Both the position numbers and the translations under genes were made by a program. A stretch of DNA of 64,000 nt from Adineta vaga. Lineage: Eukaryota > Animalia > Rotifera. This document shows positions 19,306 through 45,597 of the stretch, in pieces. The stretch spans positions 8,556,001 through 8,620,000 of the forward strand of contig CP075493.1 in NCBI GenBank assembly GCA_021613535.1, given 5' to 3'. The notes under the pieces are model-generated. The model was given only the letters and a program-made list of their open reading frames with translations. It was not told where the DNA came from and made no database searches. The stretch's first letter is position 1. Every line of letters starts with the position of its first letter.

Positions 19306-20776
19306 CATTATCAATCGTTTAGTCAATAGAAATCAACAGGACATTAATAATTCCTTTTCGCATCAGGTTACTTACAGTCAACATGTGACTTTTTTCTTCA
19401 CTCAGATCCGATTTCATATCGCACAAGACAGAATAGGCGTGTTTATTTATTTTTTCTGTATGAATATCATTGATTGGCCATTATAAAACGTTTGATCAAT
19501 GAGCTACAAAATTCTTGGTAATGCTACGGACCAGTATAGTTGATGAAATCCGTACATAATACTTTCTAAGTATTCTTAAATGCGGTGAATAGTTTTTTCT
19601 CTTCCTCTATTTCAGTGCGATATATCATTTGCTACTATTGACATAATTTTATGAAAAGAAGAAAAGAAAACGATAGAATAAGTTTTTTACATCATCGATT
19701 TTCTTAAGCTCTTTTTTTTAATAAAATACAAAGTGAGAGCAAAAATTTTCTATTTCTTTCATTATTAGACTTACCTAATCAATGCCTTTTGTGATCTTAA
19801 AATTGAATGCAATAAGCAAAATTCAAATTACTTCTAAATTCTCCTATTTTTTAAGGTTCTTTTTATCAAAAAAGTATGTATCATAGCATGTTTGATAGAA
19901 TTAAATACTTTCGAAAGAAAAATCTTTCGCTTCCTCTGCAGTTGCATTTTTCAACAAAAATTTTCGTTAATACGATATCAAATATTCGTTTTCATGTTAA
20001 TGATGGATATCATATTTGCTGTACTTCGGATGTAATATCAAATTTTGATTTCGCATGACGCACAGTCAATATCTCTGTTAACACATGACAATGTTAAACT
20101 TATTCTATCTACCGTTCAGTAAGTTTTTTTTTATTAGAAAAAAACATCTGTTAGAATAATTTTAAATGAATAATCATATGGTTATCGTCAACTGTCAAAT
20201 CCGTTCTATCTATGAAAGTTTCTTTTGTTAATTTTGTCATCAGTAATGATCCGTTCACATGGAATAGGTCTATATAGAAGTCGAATACCTGTTGTTTCAA
20301 TTATATTTCACGGTATTTATTTTCACAAAAATTCTTCTTATTTTTTCGAATTCAATAACTCTATCATTAAGTTAAGAATCTGATTGAAATAGTTGAATAT
20401 TAGACAGTGTTTTTTCTTCTAAACTTGAATATACCGTGCGATCGTTTTGCTTGTGAGTTTGTAGTATTTTCTGCTATCATTTTTTCTTCTTTCTTTCTTT
20501 CTTTCTTTCCTGGAAGGAAAGAAACCATGGATAGTGAATAGATGTAATTTACTTTAAAAGAAATCTTTTTATTGGAGCACCTCTTCTGACAAGAAATTCT
20601 AATTAGACGATGTTTCATATATAGAAAAAAGAATGTCCTGAAGAAAAGAAGAAAAAACACGTTCGCAGAAGGATGCGGATTGAAATAGCCTCACATTGAC
20701 CTACTTTTGAAAATATCTAATATCGAATGTATTTTTCATTCTAGGAGTGATTTTTCTACCTCGATTTTATCGTTCA

Positions 20777-21796
20777 ATGATGTCAACTAATAAATTAATT
20801 CTTCTATTATTCATTCATTTTATTGTTGGCATTTTGGTTGGTCATTTTATAAGTAATAAAAAAATTATATATGAATCAAATTATATCTTACCGACAGGGG
20901 CTTCATCATCGAATAAAGCATCCCAACGTTTAATCAATCTACCCTCATCACACATCGAGATTGTTAATTTTAGTAAAGCGATTAATGTCGATTTCAAATG
21001 CATGAAAACAAAAACACTTTTAAACCATTTCCACTCACATATATGTGTGTATGAATCTCAAAAAGATGTTTATGTTAGTAATTCATTTCGTGAATCAGCA
21101 TCGATTTGGGAAGAAGAAGGTGTTGTACGAATACTTCAAATGCTGCTTCGTTATCCACATCTAGATTTTATCGATATCGGAGCAAATATTGGGACTTATA
21201 CGATGTATGCTGCTGCGTTAGGACGATTTGTTTTAGCTATTGAATGTTTTGGTCCGAATGTTGAACGAATTCATCGTGCTGTTCAATTATCTAATATTGC
21301 TAATCGAGTTCTTCTTGTTCAAAATGCATTGTATACGGAATCTGGAAAATATGTCAAATTATCTAATGTTTCAACGAATGTCGGTGGACAAGAATTAGAT
21401 GTAGCTATGAGACCAAACAATAGTGAACCATTTGCAAACAATCAAAATCGTACGAATGATCCTTATTTAGTAAAAACCATCCGATTTGATGATCTCGTGC
21501 CGCTTTTACTTGAACGTAGTATGCGTGGTGCAATTATGAAAGTTGATATAGAAGGTAGCGAAAGTTTTATTGTCGAAGCTGGTAGTCAGATATTTGATTT
21601 ATTTGAAATACCAATGGTACAAATTGAATGGTTAAAAGTACGAGATTTTCCGAATCGTGTAAAAACATTAATAGATTTTTTTGTTAAACGTAATTATGAA
21701 CCGAAAACATTTCAGTGTAATTTACTCGATTTCAAACAAGTTCAACAATGGCCGAATGATTTTTGTTGGATAAAGAGAAATTTCACATTTTGTTAA
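20777..21796 (+). CDS. FkbM / Methyltransf_21 family SAM-dependent methyltransferase with N-terminal membrane anchor, intronless CDS
   Basis: FIDIGANIGTYT (SAM motif I), VLAIEC, KVDIEGSE and an N-terminal hydrophobic segment LILLLFIHFIVGILVG. First ATG is at 20777. Confidence 0.85.
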   Translation: MMSTNKLILLLFIHFIVGILVGHFISNKKIIYESNYILPTGASSSNKASQRLINLPSSHIEIVNFSKAINVDFKCMKTKTLLNHFHSHICVYESQKDVYVSNSFRESASIWEEEGVVRILQMLLRYPHLDFIDIGANIGTYTMYAAALGRFVLAIECFGPNVERIHRAVQLSNIANRVLLVQNALYTESGKYVKLSNVSTNVGGQELDVAMRPNNSEPFANNQNRTNDPYLVKTIRFDDLVPLLLERSMRGAIMKVDIEGSESFIVEAGSQIFDLFEIPMVQIEWLKVRDFPNRVKTLIDFFVKRNYEPKTFQCNLLDFKQVQQWPNDFCWIKRNFTFC

Positions 21797-22199
21797 ATTA
21801 GCATTACTATATATATTTTTTTTTGTTGCTGTTATTTTCCTCCTTTACAAATGACAAACAAGTCTTGGAATAAAATGTTGAGATTTGTAATGATTATCAG
21901 CTGTTTAATTGCAAAACAATGTGAAAGAAATAGTACGGATTTATTTTTTTTGTTTATATAATCATGACAAAAGTTCGTTGAATAAGAAAAAATGAAAGAT
22001 ATTCATTCGAATTTTGTCATATCAATCACAGAAAAATACAAAATAAAACTGCTAGATGAAAAAAAAACCATTTGATTTGTTATGACATGGATTTTCTTCT
22101 TTATTGAATATGTAACGAACTATCCCATAGATAACTTCCTGCTTAATCGATTGAATCTTGAATTTTATGTTTGAACCAGAATTATTGAACACATCGTTC

Positions 22200-36093
<13,894 letters not shown>

Positions 36094-36530
36094 AATAATT
36101 TAATACATCTAGATAAGAGAAAATCACTGTTTTTATTCTCTGAATTTCATCAGAATGAATTAATCTTTCAGTTTTTTTCACTCTTTTCTAGCCGATCGAT
36201 TTAGCTAACTGTCTTGTATTGAAGAAAACCAATTGAATTTCATCTGTTGATCTTCATAATGAAGTTAATTCTATTCACTAGATGTCGCTATGTATTGCAG
36301 TAGTCATTTCTTGTTTCGATGCATTATAGCGAATTTAAACTTAAATGGTATGATGATACATGCACAACAAATGATTGAAACAATTCATAGACAAGAAGAT
36401 TTTATTTCAACAAAAAAATTGTACAATCAAAATAACATCAATCTGTCGGTTTGTACGAACAAACACATACACATATATTTAGATTTTAGATAACTAATCT
36501 TTTTCAAAAAAAATCGATTTCTTATTCTCA

Positions 36531-38151
36531 TTATGTGATCTGTAATAATCGTTCGATTTCTATCTGATTATCTGGATTATTTTCGACTAGTTTTTTTGAA
36601 TATAATTGACGAAAATCATCATTAGATTCCATGAGGAAAGCATTTCTTATGCTATCTAAGATTTGTGACCATGTTATTTCTTGATCTGGTGTCCAATAAA
36701 AACGTATTACATTCGATTCGAGCATTTGTAATTGTTCAAATGTAGGTAAACTTTGATTATTTTCATCCGAAATATGTTGAATAAGTTCCATCGCATATTC
36801 ATAAACATTAAATTTCGTTCGATCGATTTGTTTCAATTTTTCTTGAAGAGTTAATGATGGTTTTGATCGTTTATGATCCATAGATATATCCACCGTCTTT
36901 CGTTTTGATGGTCGAATCTAAATATAAAGAAAAAATATGATTTTTAATCAATTAAAATAAAATTTCTAACTTTTTTCTTTTCAAGAAAGGATTCAATAGC
37001 CCAATCAATACATTGTGACCATTTTTCTGATTCAATATTATTATCTATTGGGAAATGTTCGAGCCATTTTTGTTTTATCCATAGCAAATGAACTGGATGT
37101 GCATAATAAATACAGATATCATTGTCATTCCATTGTGATGATAAATCTTGTTTTGCTGAAACAATTTCTTTGATATTCTCTTGTGGAATAACAAGACGAA
37201 AAAGTAAACATAGAAATTGTTTTTCATCGGTACAATTATTATTTTCATTAAGATTATCAATATTAACTCCAGGATATTTCAATAAAGGTGTATCTGTTGA
37301 AAAATGTTGTTCACATTGAGTGTAGAAATTGTCTCGTTCATTCTCATCGAATGGTTTTTGTCGTTCATTTAGAATAAGTTTTAGAATAAGATCAAATAGA
37401 AGTCGTTTATGTCGTGGATAAGGTAATTTACTATTGATACCATTATAGTTACAACAAATTCGTTCATCATGATTGAAAATTTTTGAATAAACTTTGAATA
37501 TTGCATCTTCAAGATTATCTATCTGACGAAGATGACGAATAAATGAAACAAGATTTGGTTGATTTGAATCATGAAGAAGTGGATAATTAGGAAAGAGATC
37601 TTTTGGTGTTAATCGTTTTTGAATTATATCTTCTAATGTAATTGATGATAATGGACAAGTCTTTTTCGATGGAGATGTTTTACCATTAACACTGAAAAAC
37701 GAAATATATATACATAAATTAGATGTCTCTCAATTGCTCTTTGAAAATCAGATATTTTTCGTTTAAAAATTCTCTACGATAAAGATCAATTTATCTTACC
37801 CATTATCTTCACCATTTTGTGATATATCATGAACTGGTGATGTTCCATTTGTTTCTAAGAAAACATAAAACATAGAAATACCATTTTATCATTCATCTCT
37901 TTACTTTCAAAGAATCCATCTTTTGATACATTAAGATTATTTGAAATATTCAATATTAATTGTCGTGCTTCAGTTAAAAATGTTGCTGTTTGAATGATTA
38001 ATTCTTCACGTTGGATTTCATTAAAACATAATTCATTATCATCAGGTTTTATAATCAAAGCATTGATAAGTAATTTCGCCGTTGTTTCAATAGCTGTTAA
38101 GTTATCCAGAGTATTTTGACGATCAAGTAAAATATTCATCTGGTCATTCAT
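36531..38151 (-). CDS. Uncharacterised protein (about 4 exons) with a helical N-terminus and up to three BEN-like domains
   Basis: Exons at about 38151-37905, 37854-37800, 37692-36971 and 36917-36531 splice in frame by eye. The BEN resemblance is pattern-based only. Confidence 0.65.
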
Positions 38152-38424
38152 TTGAAAACAAAAGATAATCAATCAACTGAATAGGGAAAGTTATGAAGAC
38201 AAAGAACGAAAGTATAGAGATGGACAGCAAGTGTCATCTTTGATTTATCATGATTGGTTAAGATGAATCGACATTTATTTCGGGAAAAATAACCAAAATT
38301 ACGAAACGAAAAATGAAAAACAATACATGAATTTAATAAACGAGAATAAAATTAGTTTAATTAAATGTGAAAGACACGAATTAGAAAATAAATAAGAATA
38401 CAGATGCACTGTTAAAAATGTGTT

Positions 38425-41400
38425 CTATCGTTGCAATAAATCGTCATTTTCATCATGGTTATTATTCTGATCATCAGCAAGATCTTCTAATGGAACATAT
38501 TCAATATTTTTAAACAATCCTTCAGTTTTACGTGTCACGCTAGACGATCTTAAATGACGAATGCTCGTGACTATCAAGAATATACCAGAAAAGAATAAAA
38601 GAGAAATTAAAAGTATTAAAATAGCTTTTTGATATGAACGATCTAATTCGGTAAATTTAGTTTGAATTGTACTTATTGGTGATGGTAACCACCAATTCGA
38701 TGAATATGATGATGGAGATACAAGTGGATGAAGACAAAAACCTATAAAACACACAGAAACATATTTGATTAAACAAGAGAGTAGTTCACGTACCATTCCA
38801 GATGGCTGGACATTGACAACAATCTTTAGATGATTCAGCTGATGTACAGCAAGATAAACATTCCTTAGTGGTAGGAGAAAGTGACATTGGATAAGAACAT
38901 TGTCGACAGTAAGAACCAGGTGATAGACATTCGAGACAATTGTTCGTGCATAGTTTGCATTGCTTCAAAAGAAGAGCAAAAACAAACATAGAAAACAGAT
39001 TATTGTCTCATTCATTGCTCTATCATATTCGACGTATTCTACTCACTTTTTCATCTTTATCAAAAAAATTTCCATTTGAACATGTACTTGAACATTTCTT
39101 TTGTTTATTGTCATAAATAAATCCTTCTGTACATGTTTTACATTCATCTTCCGATGGTCCTTGAAAACAAAAACATATTCATTTTTTTCTTATGTTCTTG
39201 AGAATCTATCATTGATCTTTACCTCGACACGTATTACAAATTGGATGGCATGCTACACATTCCTTCCCGTTCGCATAATAACCATCTGGACATTCGGCAA
39301 CACATTGATAATTTAATAAATATAATTTTCCTCGACATTCAAAACAGCTTGTTGAATTGTAACATGTTAAACATGGATGTTGACATGGTTTACAACTTGT
39401 ACCGTCAGTGTATGAGCTGTAATAATCAACAGAATATATATATATATATATATATACTTCAAATCAATTCTATTTACTTGTCTGAACATGTTGGCGCACA
39501 TTCATCACCGACTAAATGATAACCTTTATCTTCATAACAGCGAACACATTGTTTTTCTTTGTTACATCCTTTACATCCAAGTGTACATGGTAGACAAACA
39601 TTTGTTTCAATTTCAACTGTTCTACTTTCATTAATATAAAAACCATCAGGACAATCATTCACACAATGTCCATCACTGAGAAGTACTTCGGTGACTAAAT
39701 TACATGCAATGCAATCAGTTGGATTTGGTCCTTTACATTGTGTACATGAAGAATGACATGGATATGTTTCACTTGTACTTTTATCAATATAATATGGTTT
39801 ACCATTATATTTTTCACATCGATGACTTTCTGGAAGATAAACATAACCTAATTTACATGATAAACAAGATGTTTCACTCGATGCTGTACAATTTAAGCAA
39901 GCATCATAACATGGAAGACACTGTGAAGTTGATTTAGATAAGTAAAAACCCGGTGAACATGAAGATACACATGTATGATATTGAAGATAAGGAAATTTGC
40001 TTGTTACTTCACAGGATGTACATTGATAACCTGTAGGTCCACTACAAGTTAAACATCATGAATCACACCATCGACAACTAAGAAATATAGCAGTAATATG
40101 AAATATAGATTGTTGTTTTTTTCGATAGTATTTACGTATTAGTAGCAAAATCAAAATAATCTGTAGAATTACATGATTGTGTTGCTTTCACACAATCTAT
40201 ATCTTTCAATGCATATCCATTTGCGCATGACGTACATATATAAGAGTTTGTTTCACATGATGCACAATCTGCCTTGCAATTTACACATTTTCGTAATTTT
40301 CGATCTAATTAAACAAAGTTTACTTTTCTATTTCTTTCTATTCATATGATCTAGTTACCAGTATAATATTTCTCAGGACAAGATTCAACACAAGTCATTT
40401 CATTAGGAACAAGAAACAAAGCAGATTTACATCCAATACAACTAGATTCACTAGCATTTCGACATGATCCACATTTGTAATGACAAGGTAAACATAATTT
40501 ATTCATTTCCGATGAATAAGTACCTTCAGGACATATACCCACACATCGACTAAAATAAAATGATAAGAAAAATCTTCTACTAGCAAATTTACTTACAATT
40601 TTCCATCTTCTGATGGTTGTTTATAATGTTGACATACTGAGCAGCTAGTATCAGTTTTACCACATGGTTCATTTGATTTACATTCGATATGACACTAAGA
40701 CATACAAAGAAAAACCAATTAGAAGATAAAAATACAAGACATCTCTTAAGCAACCCCTATTACAAACACAAAGAAATAAAATATAACGAAGCATCTATTA
40801 ATTGAAAGACTACACGAAACAATATCAAAACAATGGATACTTCTCTGAATACTTTACCAAATAGTTAATTATTCAAATTTTCAACAAAAAAAGTCAATTA
40901 CATAGCTATACTATTTTTATTTTATTATACATGAATAACAACAATCGAACGAAAAATGAAATATCACGAAAAGTATGTCTGAGACAAATATGATCGAAAA
41001 ATAGTAAAATATATTCTCCTAACCTAGAATGAAACATGACTAAGAATGATGATGTCACTCAAAGATAAATTATTCAATTTCGAAAATTTTAGAAAAACAA
41101 AACAATGCAAATAGATTATTAGAAATAATAAAAAACAATAAATATCTATAGAAAAATCAATTACTATTAAGGAAATAAGACAAGATTTAAAATGGAATAG
41201 GCAACAGTAAATAGATCAATATGAAAATAGGATGGAATGAAATTTGAGAAGATGTTGAAGGAAAGAAATAGAATAATCGATCGATACTTACATTGGATGA
41301 TTGATTTTCAACTGATGAACGAGGTGATATAGGATAAACATTTGTACCATGAACAACAAGTTTCCAAGACATTAGAGTAACTAGATAATAAAGAAAGAAA

Positions 41401-43965
41401 TGAAAGTAGATCTCTAATTCATGAAAACTGATTACCTGTTCCTCCACCTTGATTATACATTTCTAAAGTCCAGTTTCCATGCGGTTGTTCACCCCATAAT
41501 TGTACTGTTAGAAATGGCCAATTCGTAAAGCCTTGTCTACTATGATCATTGATTCGTTTCTAAAGCGAACAGAACAATTTCAATTCGAAGAAAAATTATC
41601 AATGAATCATACTGGTAAAAGTTGTGTTCTTGTTTTTGAGGGTGAAATAAGATAGATTTCTATTGCACCTCGATTTGTTGTTGTTAAAGTAATTAATATC
41701 TGTACTTGTTCAATATAATTTACTGTACGTTTCACATCGTTACTTTCTCTACAGTCAGTTAATTCCAAGGTGAACATTTCATGTGATGTAGGTTCTATCG
41801 TTTTTTGCGGATTATCCATCATCGTTTCACATGTTGACATAGCAGGAACATTAGTCCAACCAATTGCATACCATGTCATAAGACCAGCATCCATCAAACC
41901 AAATCCATATTTACTACTAACTAACGACGAAATCAAGGAATAGTAAAAGAAGAAAACTCAAAAATGTTTTACCATTAAATCCAGCAGCATTTCGAATAAG
42001 TTCTTTATTTGATGGTATAGCATTTGGACGAGAACCAAGAACAGTTATGTGCATAATATCACGCCAAGTTAAATTAGGACTAAAGAGAGAAAGATAAAGT
42101 AATTGAACTCAATAGACAAAACAAAATCAATACTTGGCTTCTAGAACGAGTGCATAAATAGCTGCAGCTAATGGTGCTGCTGCCGATGTTCCCGTATGAT
42201 GACTTGTACAACCATGATGCAAATCAGTCGTAATCTTTCATCCGTACAAAACATAAGATTGTATAAAAAAAACGAATTATATAACTTACAATTTCGTGAT
42301 CAGAATTCGACTGACCACTACTGTATGCGGTAGTAAGAGTAGAAGAGCATTCTTCAAGAAACCATGGTTTTTCTCCTGTTTCTGTTACCGAACTAACAGC
42401 AATCTATGTAAACATATATATGTACACATATTGAATGATAAGTAAAGAAATGAATGAATGTAAGAATTGAACGATCTATTTTTCATTAGTATGTGAAATC
42501 TACATACGAAAAACATGTAAATCTCGGTAAAATTCTCGCATAATTTTTCTGTCGATTTTATTATGTTTATATCCATTGTATATTTTTTGTTATGTATCAA
42601 AAACATACCGTATAAATGGAATTTATATATCCATCACATGCACATGAATCTCCTGCACGACCACCGTTTCCACTAGCCCAAACAAAGATCGATCCTTTTC
42701 CACCTCGACCCTACATATTTCAATATGAAAAGATTCATTATTGAATTTCTTCATTCACTTACAGTTAAAGCACCCTTCTCGAATGCGTTTGTAGCTAATA
42801 TACCTGGTCCATCAACAACAAGACCATTATCATCTGGTCCCCTAAACATATCATAAAAACACGAAATTTCAATCCGACAAATATACGCATGTAATTTAAT
42901 TTTTACCAGCTAGCAGAATAAATGTCTACATGATCTGGTCGATGACTAATAGAACGTGCTTCGACACTATCTGTAACTTCGCCATCTAACATTCGAACAC
43001 CTCCAACTCGAGAATGATATGCAATTCCTACTCCACATATTCCATTATCTGCTTTTGCGGAAACTTCACCTGCACATCGAGTTCCATGTCTAAGCAAATC
43101 ATTTATTTTCTTCACATACATAGATATTCATTTAAATTGTATGTATTTACTTGTTTTCATCTGATTGTTCATAACGTGGTGAAGGATCATTATCATTACC
43201 ATTAATATCAGTACTAGCTTCAGGATCCTATTAACCAACGAAAAGGATTTTTTTCATTGGAAAAGCATACACACAACTTCAGGTCAACATACATAATTTT
43301 CTTGTAAATCAGGATGCTCAAATTCGAGACCATCATCAAGAAAAGTAACTACTCGACCACGACCTGTATAACCCATTTGCCAAGCTCCAGTGACATTCAA
43401 ATCAGGTAAACTCGATGTTTTGGAATTTCTTATCTGTATAAAAACAGCCTATGATTATAACAAAAATAAAAACAAACTTTTCTTACCAAATACCACATAT
43501 TATTCCATTCAGGATCAGAAAATTGATAATCACGTTTTCGCCTTATTTTCGCTACTTGACTTTCTGCCCATTGCACCTATTGATATTAAATACAAGGAAA
43601 GGATTTATAAAGAAATAAATCATTTTTAATTTCTTTTACATATGCATGACTGCGAAGAAGATGAGCTGGATCTATATTTTGTTCTACAGCACGTCTATGA
43701 CGAATATAATTCACTGATAATGGATCTTCTTCAATTTCACAGAAATCATCAAAAATCTAAAAGAATAAATACACTTTTACGTTATAATCTCAAAATAAAT
43801 CATACTTTTCGAACATAACGATATCCGTGTTCTTGAGCGATTTTATCAGCAAGTAGTTTACAATCACCTTTGACTTGTATAACAATTGATTGTAAGGAAT
43901 TCGTTGGTGAAATTAATAAGTAATACAGAATTGTAGAAAAAATAATGGATGAAAACATTGTTCAT
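38425..43965 (-). CDS. PCSK5: Furin-like subtilisin/kexin proprotein convertase (Furin2/PCSK5-type: S8 domain, P domain, furin-like Cys-rich repeats, TM)
   Basis: Signal peptide, propeptide ending RRKR, catalytic [19 protein letters not shown] and [10 protein letters not shown] domain, many CxxC furin repeats, TM segment, and a cytosolic tail with YVPL and ENDDLL sorting motifs. Exact orthology is uncertain. Confidence 0.9.
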
Positions 43966-45597
43966 GGAAAAAATTTGAAGAAAAACAGTGAGATTCAGAT
44001 GTTTGTTCACCTTATTTCTAGAGATCAGTTTTATTTAGATCTAAAATTGAAAAAACAGGTAATTGATACAAATGTGATAGGAATGCTTTTTCGGATTGAA
44101 TTAATCGTCGATGTTTCTCGAGTAATTTAGAAGACGAAAAAGAAAAGTGCATATTTTGCTATAAAGGCCAAAACTCAATGAAGCGAGTATATGATTGATT
44201 TTAAATGTACGAATGAGAAACGAAACCTTTATTTGTGTATGTACGAATATACTTCAGCATGGATTACCCACATAAGCTTTTTCTCCTTTCATACAGGGAT
44301 GAATTTAGATTAAAAATGCACGAAATAGATGAATAGAAAAAGAATAATAGATAAATGTACAAATTCGAAACTATTCAATTGCATGCACATGGTCCTTTTT
44401 CTACATAAATTTGTGTTAGGTAAACGTTCTGCTTGGCGAGTTCCATTACTCGCATATATTTCAATCAATTCAAATATAACGTGCCAAACTGTTTATAAGT
44501 TATTTATCGATTCAAGAATTTTCTTTGGGGAAAAAAGACTTCATTTTCAATTTTTTATGTTGTATGTATTTAAATAAATAATAGTGCTAAGAAAAAACAA
44601 AAGCTGAGAATTTGAAAATAATACGACATCTATCACTCAAATGTTTTTGAGCACAATTGATTGATATCATTTATACTAAGAGGTCGCCAATGATCAATAT
44701 CTAACTGGTTTCCCACACTATATATTTTGTATTTCTCAGATAATTTATTTGATAATGTTAGAAATGAAGCAGAAAAAGTGTCACCATCATGTTCTATACA
44801 ATCCAGTGCGAAATCAGCATAACTTTGCATCCAACAGCTGCATAGCATTCGGAAGGAAGATCACTTTTTGGTTGTAGTCAACTCAATGCTCTCTATGATG
44901 TCATATTAGATCTTAAATGAAATTTGATTGTTAGTGATACGAGAAATAACTGTATTATAGGACGATTTTAACAAAATGCGACAGTCTCACATTTATCTGT
45001 AGATATGAATGTCATGATCTTTATTTTTTTGATAAATAAAGTGGTTGTGTACAAATTTTAAATATTGATACTTTACGATTAACATAATCATGAACTATGG
45101 CGTCCGCTCTCTTGTCATATAGAATCTAGACCGATCGATATATGGAAGTTCATACTGGTTGTTCGCATAGTTATATAAGCAGATATCCATATAATACAGG
45201 AACGTATGGAGGCATGATTGCTGATCGAGTGTGTTTTCCTAGGAATACAGTAGAGCAAATGAATCTTCCTCGATGCATGTTTGTTGATGAGAATAAGAAT
45301 AACGATAAACTTTATATTTATGATTACAATAAAAATTCATAAATCTTATTTAAATGTTCATTTGATTGACACAGAATTTTATATATACTATAACCACACA
45401 ATGACGATCTATTAATTTTGACATGATTTTTCAAGATTTATTTTAATGTTCAATAGAAATTTTCAAGAAAAAGAAAAATATCGTTACATATGTTTATACA
45501 GTAAAGAAAGATCACAAACGAAAGAAAAAAAAATCGCACCGGGCTAATACGTGACGTTTCGAATAACTGAACAGAAGAAGTATTTTTTTTAAATATA

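Noticed and set aside
44633-44880. Coding-like fragment; one frame reads DLPSECYAAVGCKVML, loosely like a PIF1/Helitron helicase motif
   Set aside because: Too short, interrupted by stops and without supporting motifs. It may be a decayed remnant but cannot be supported.
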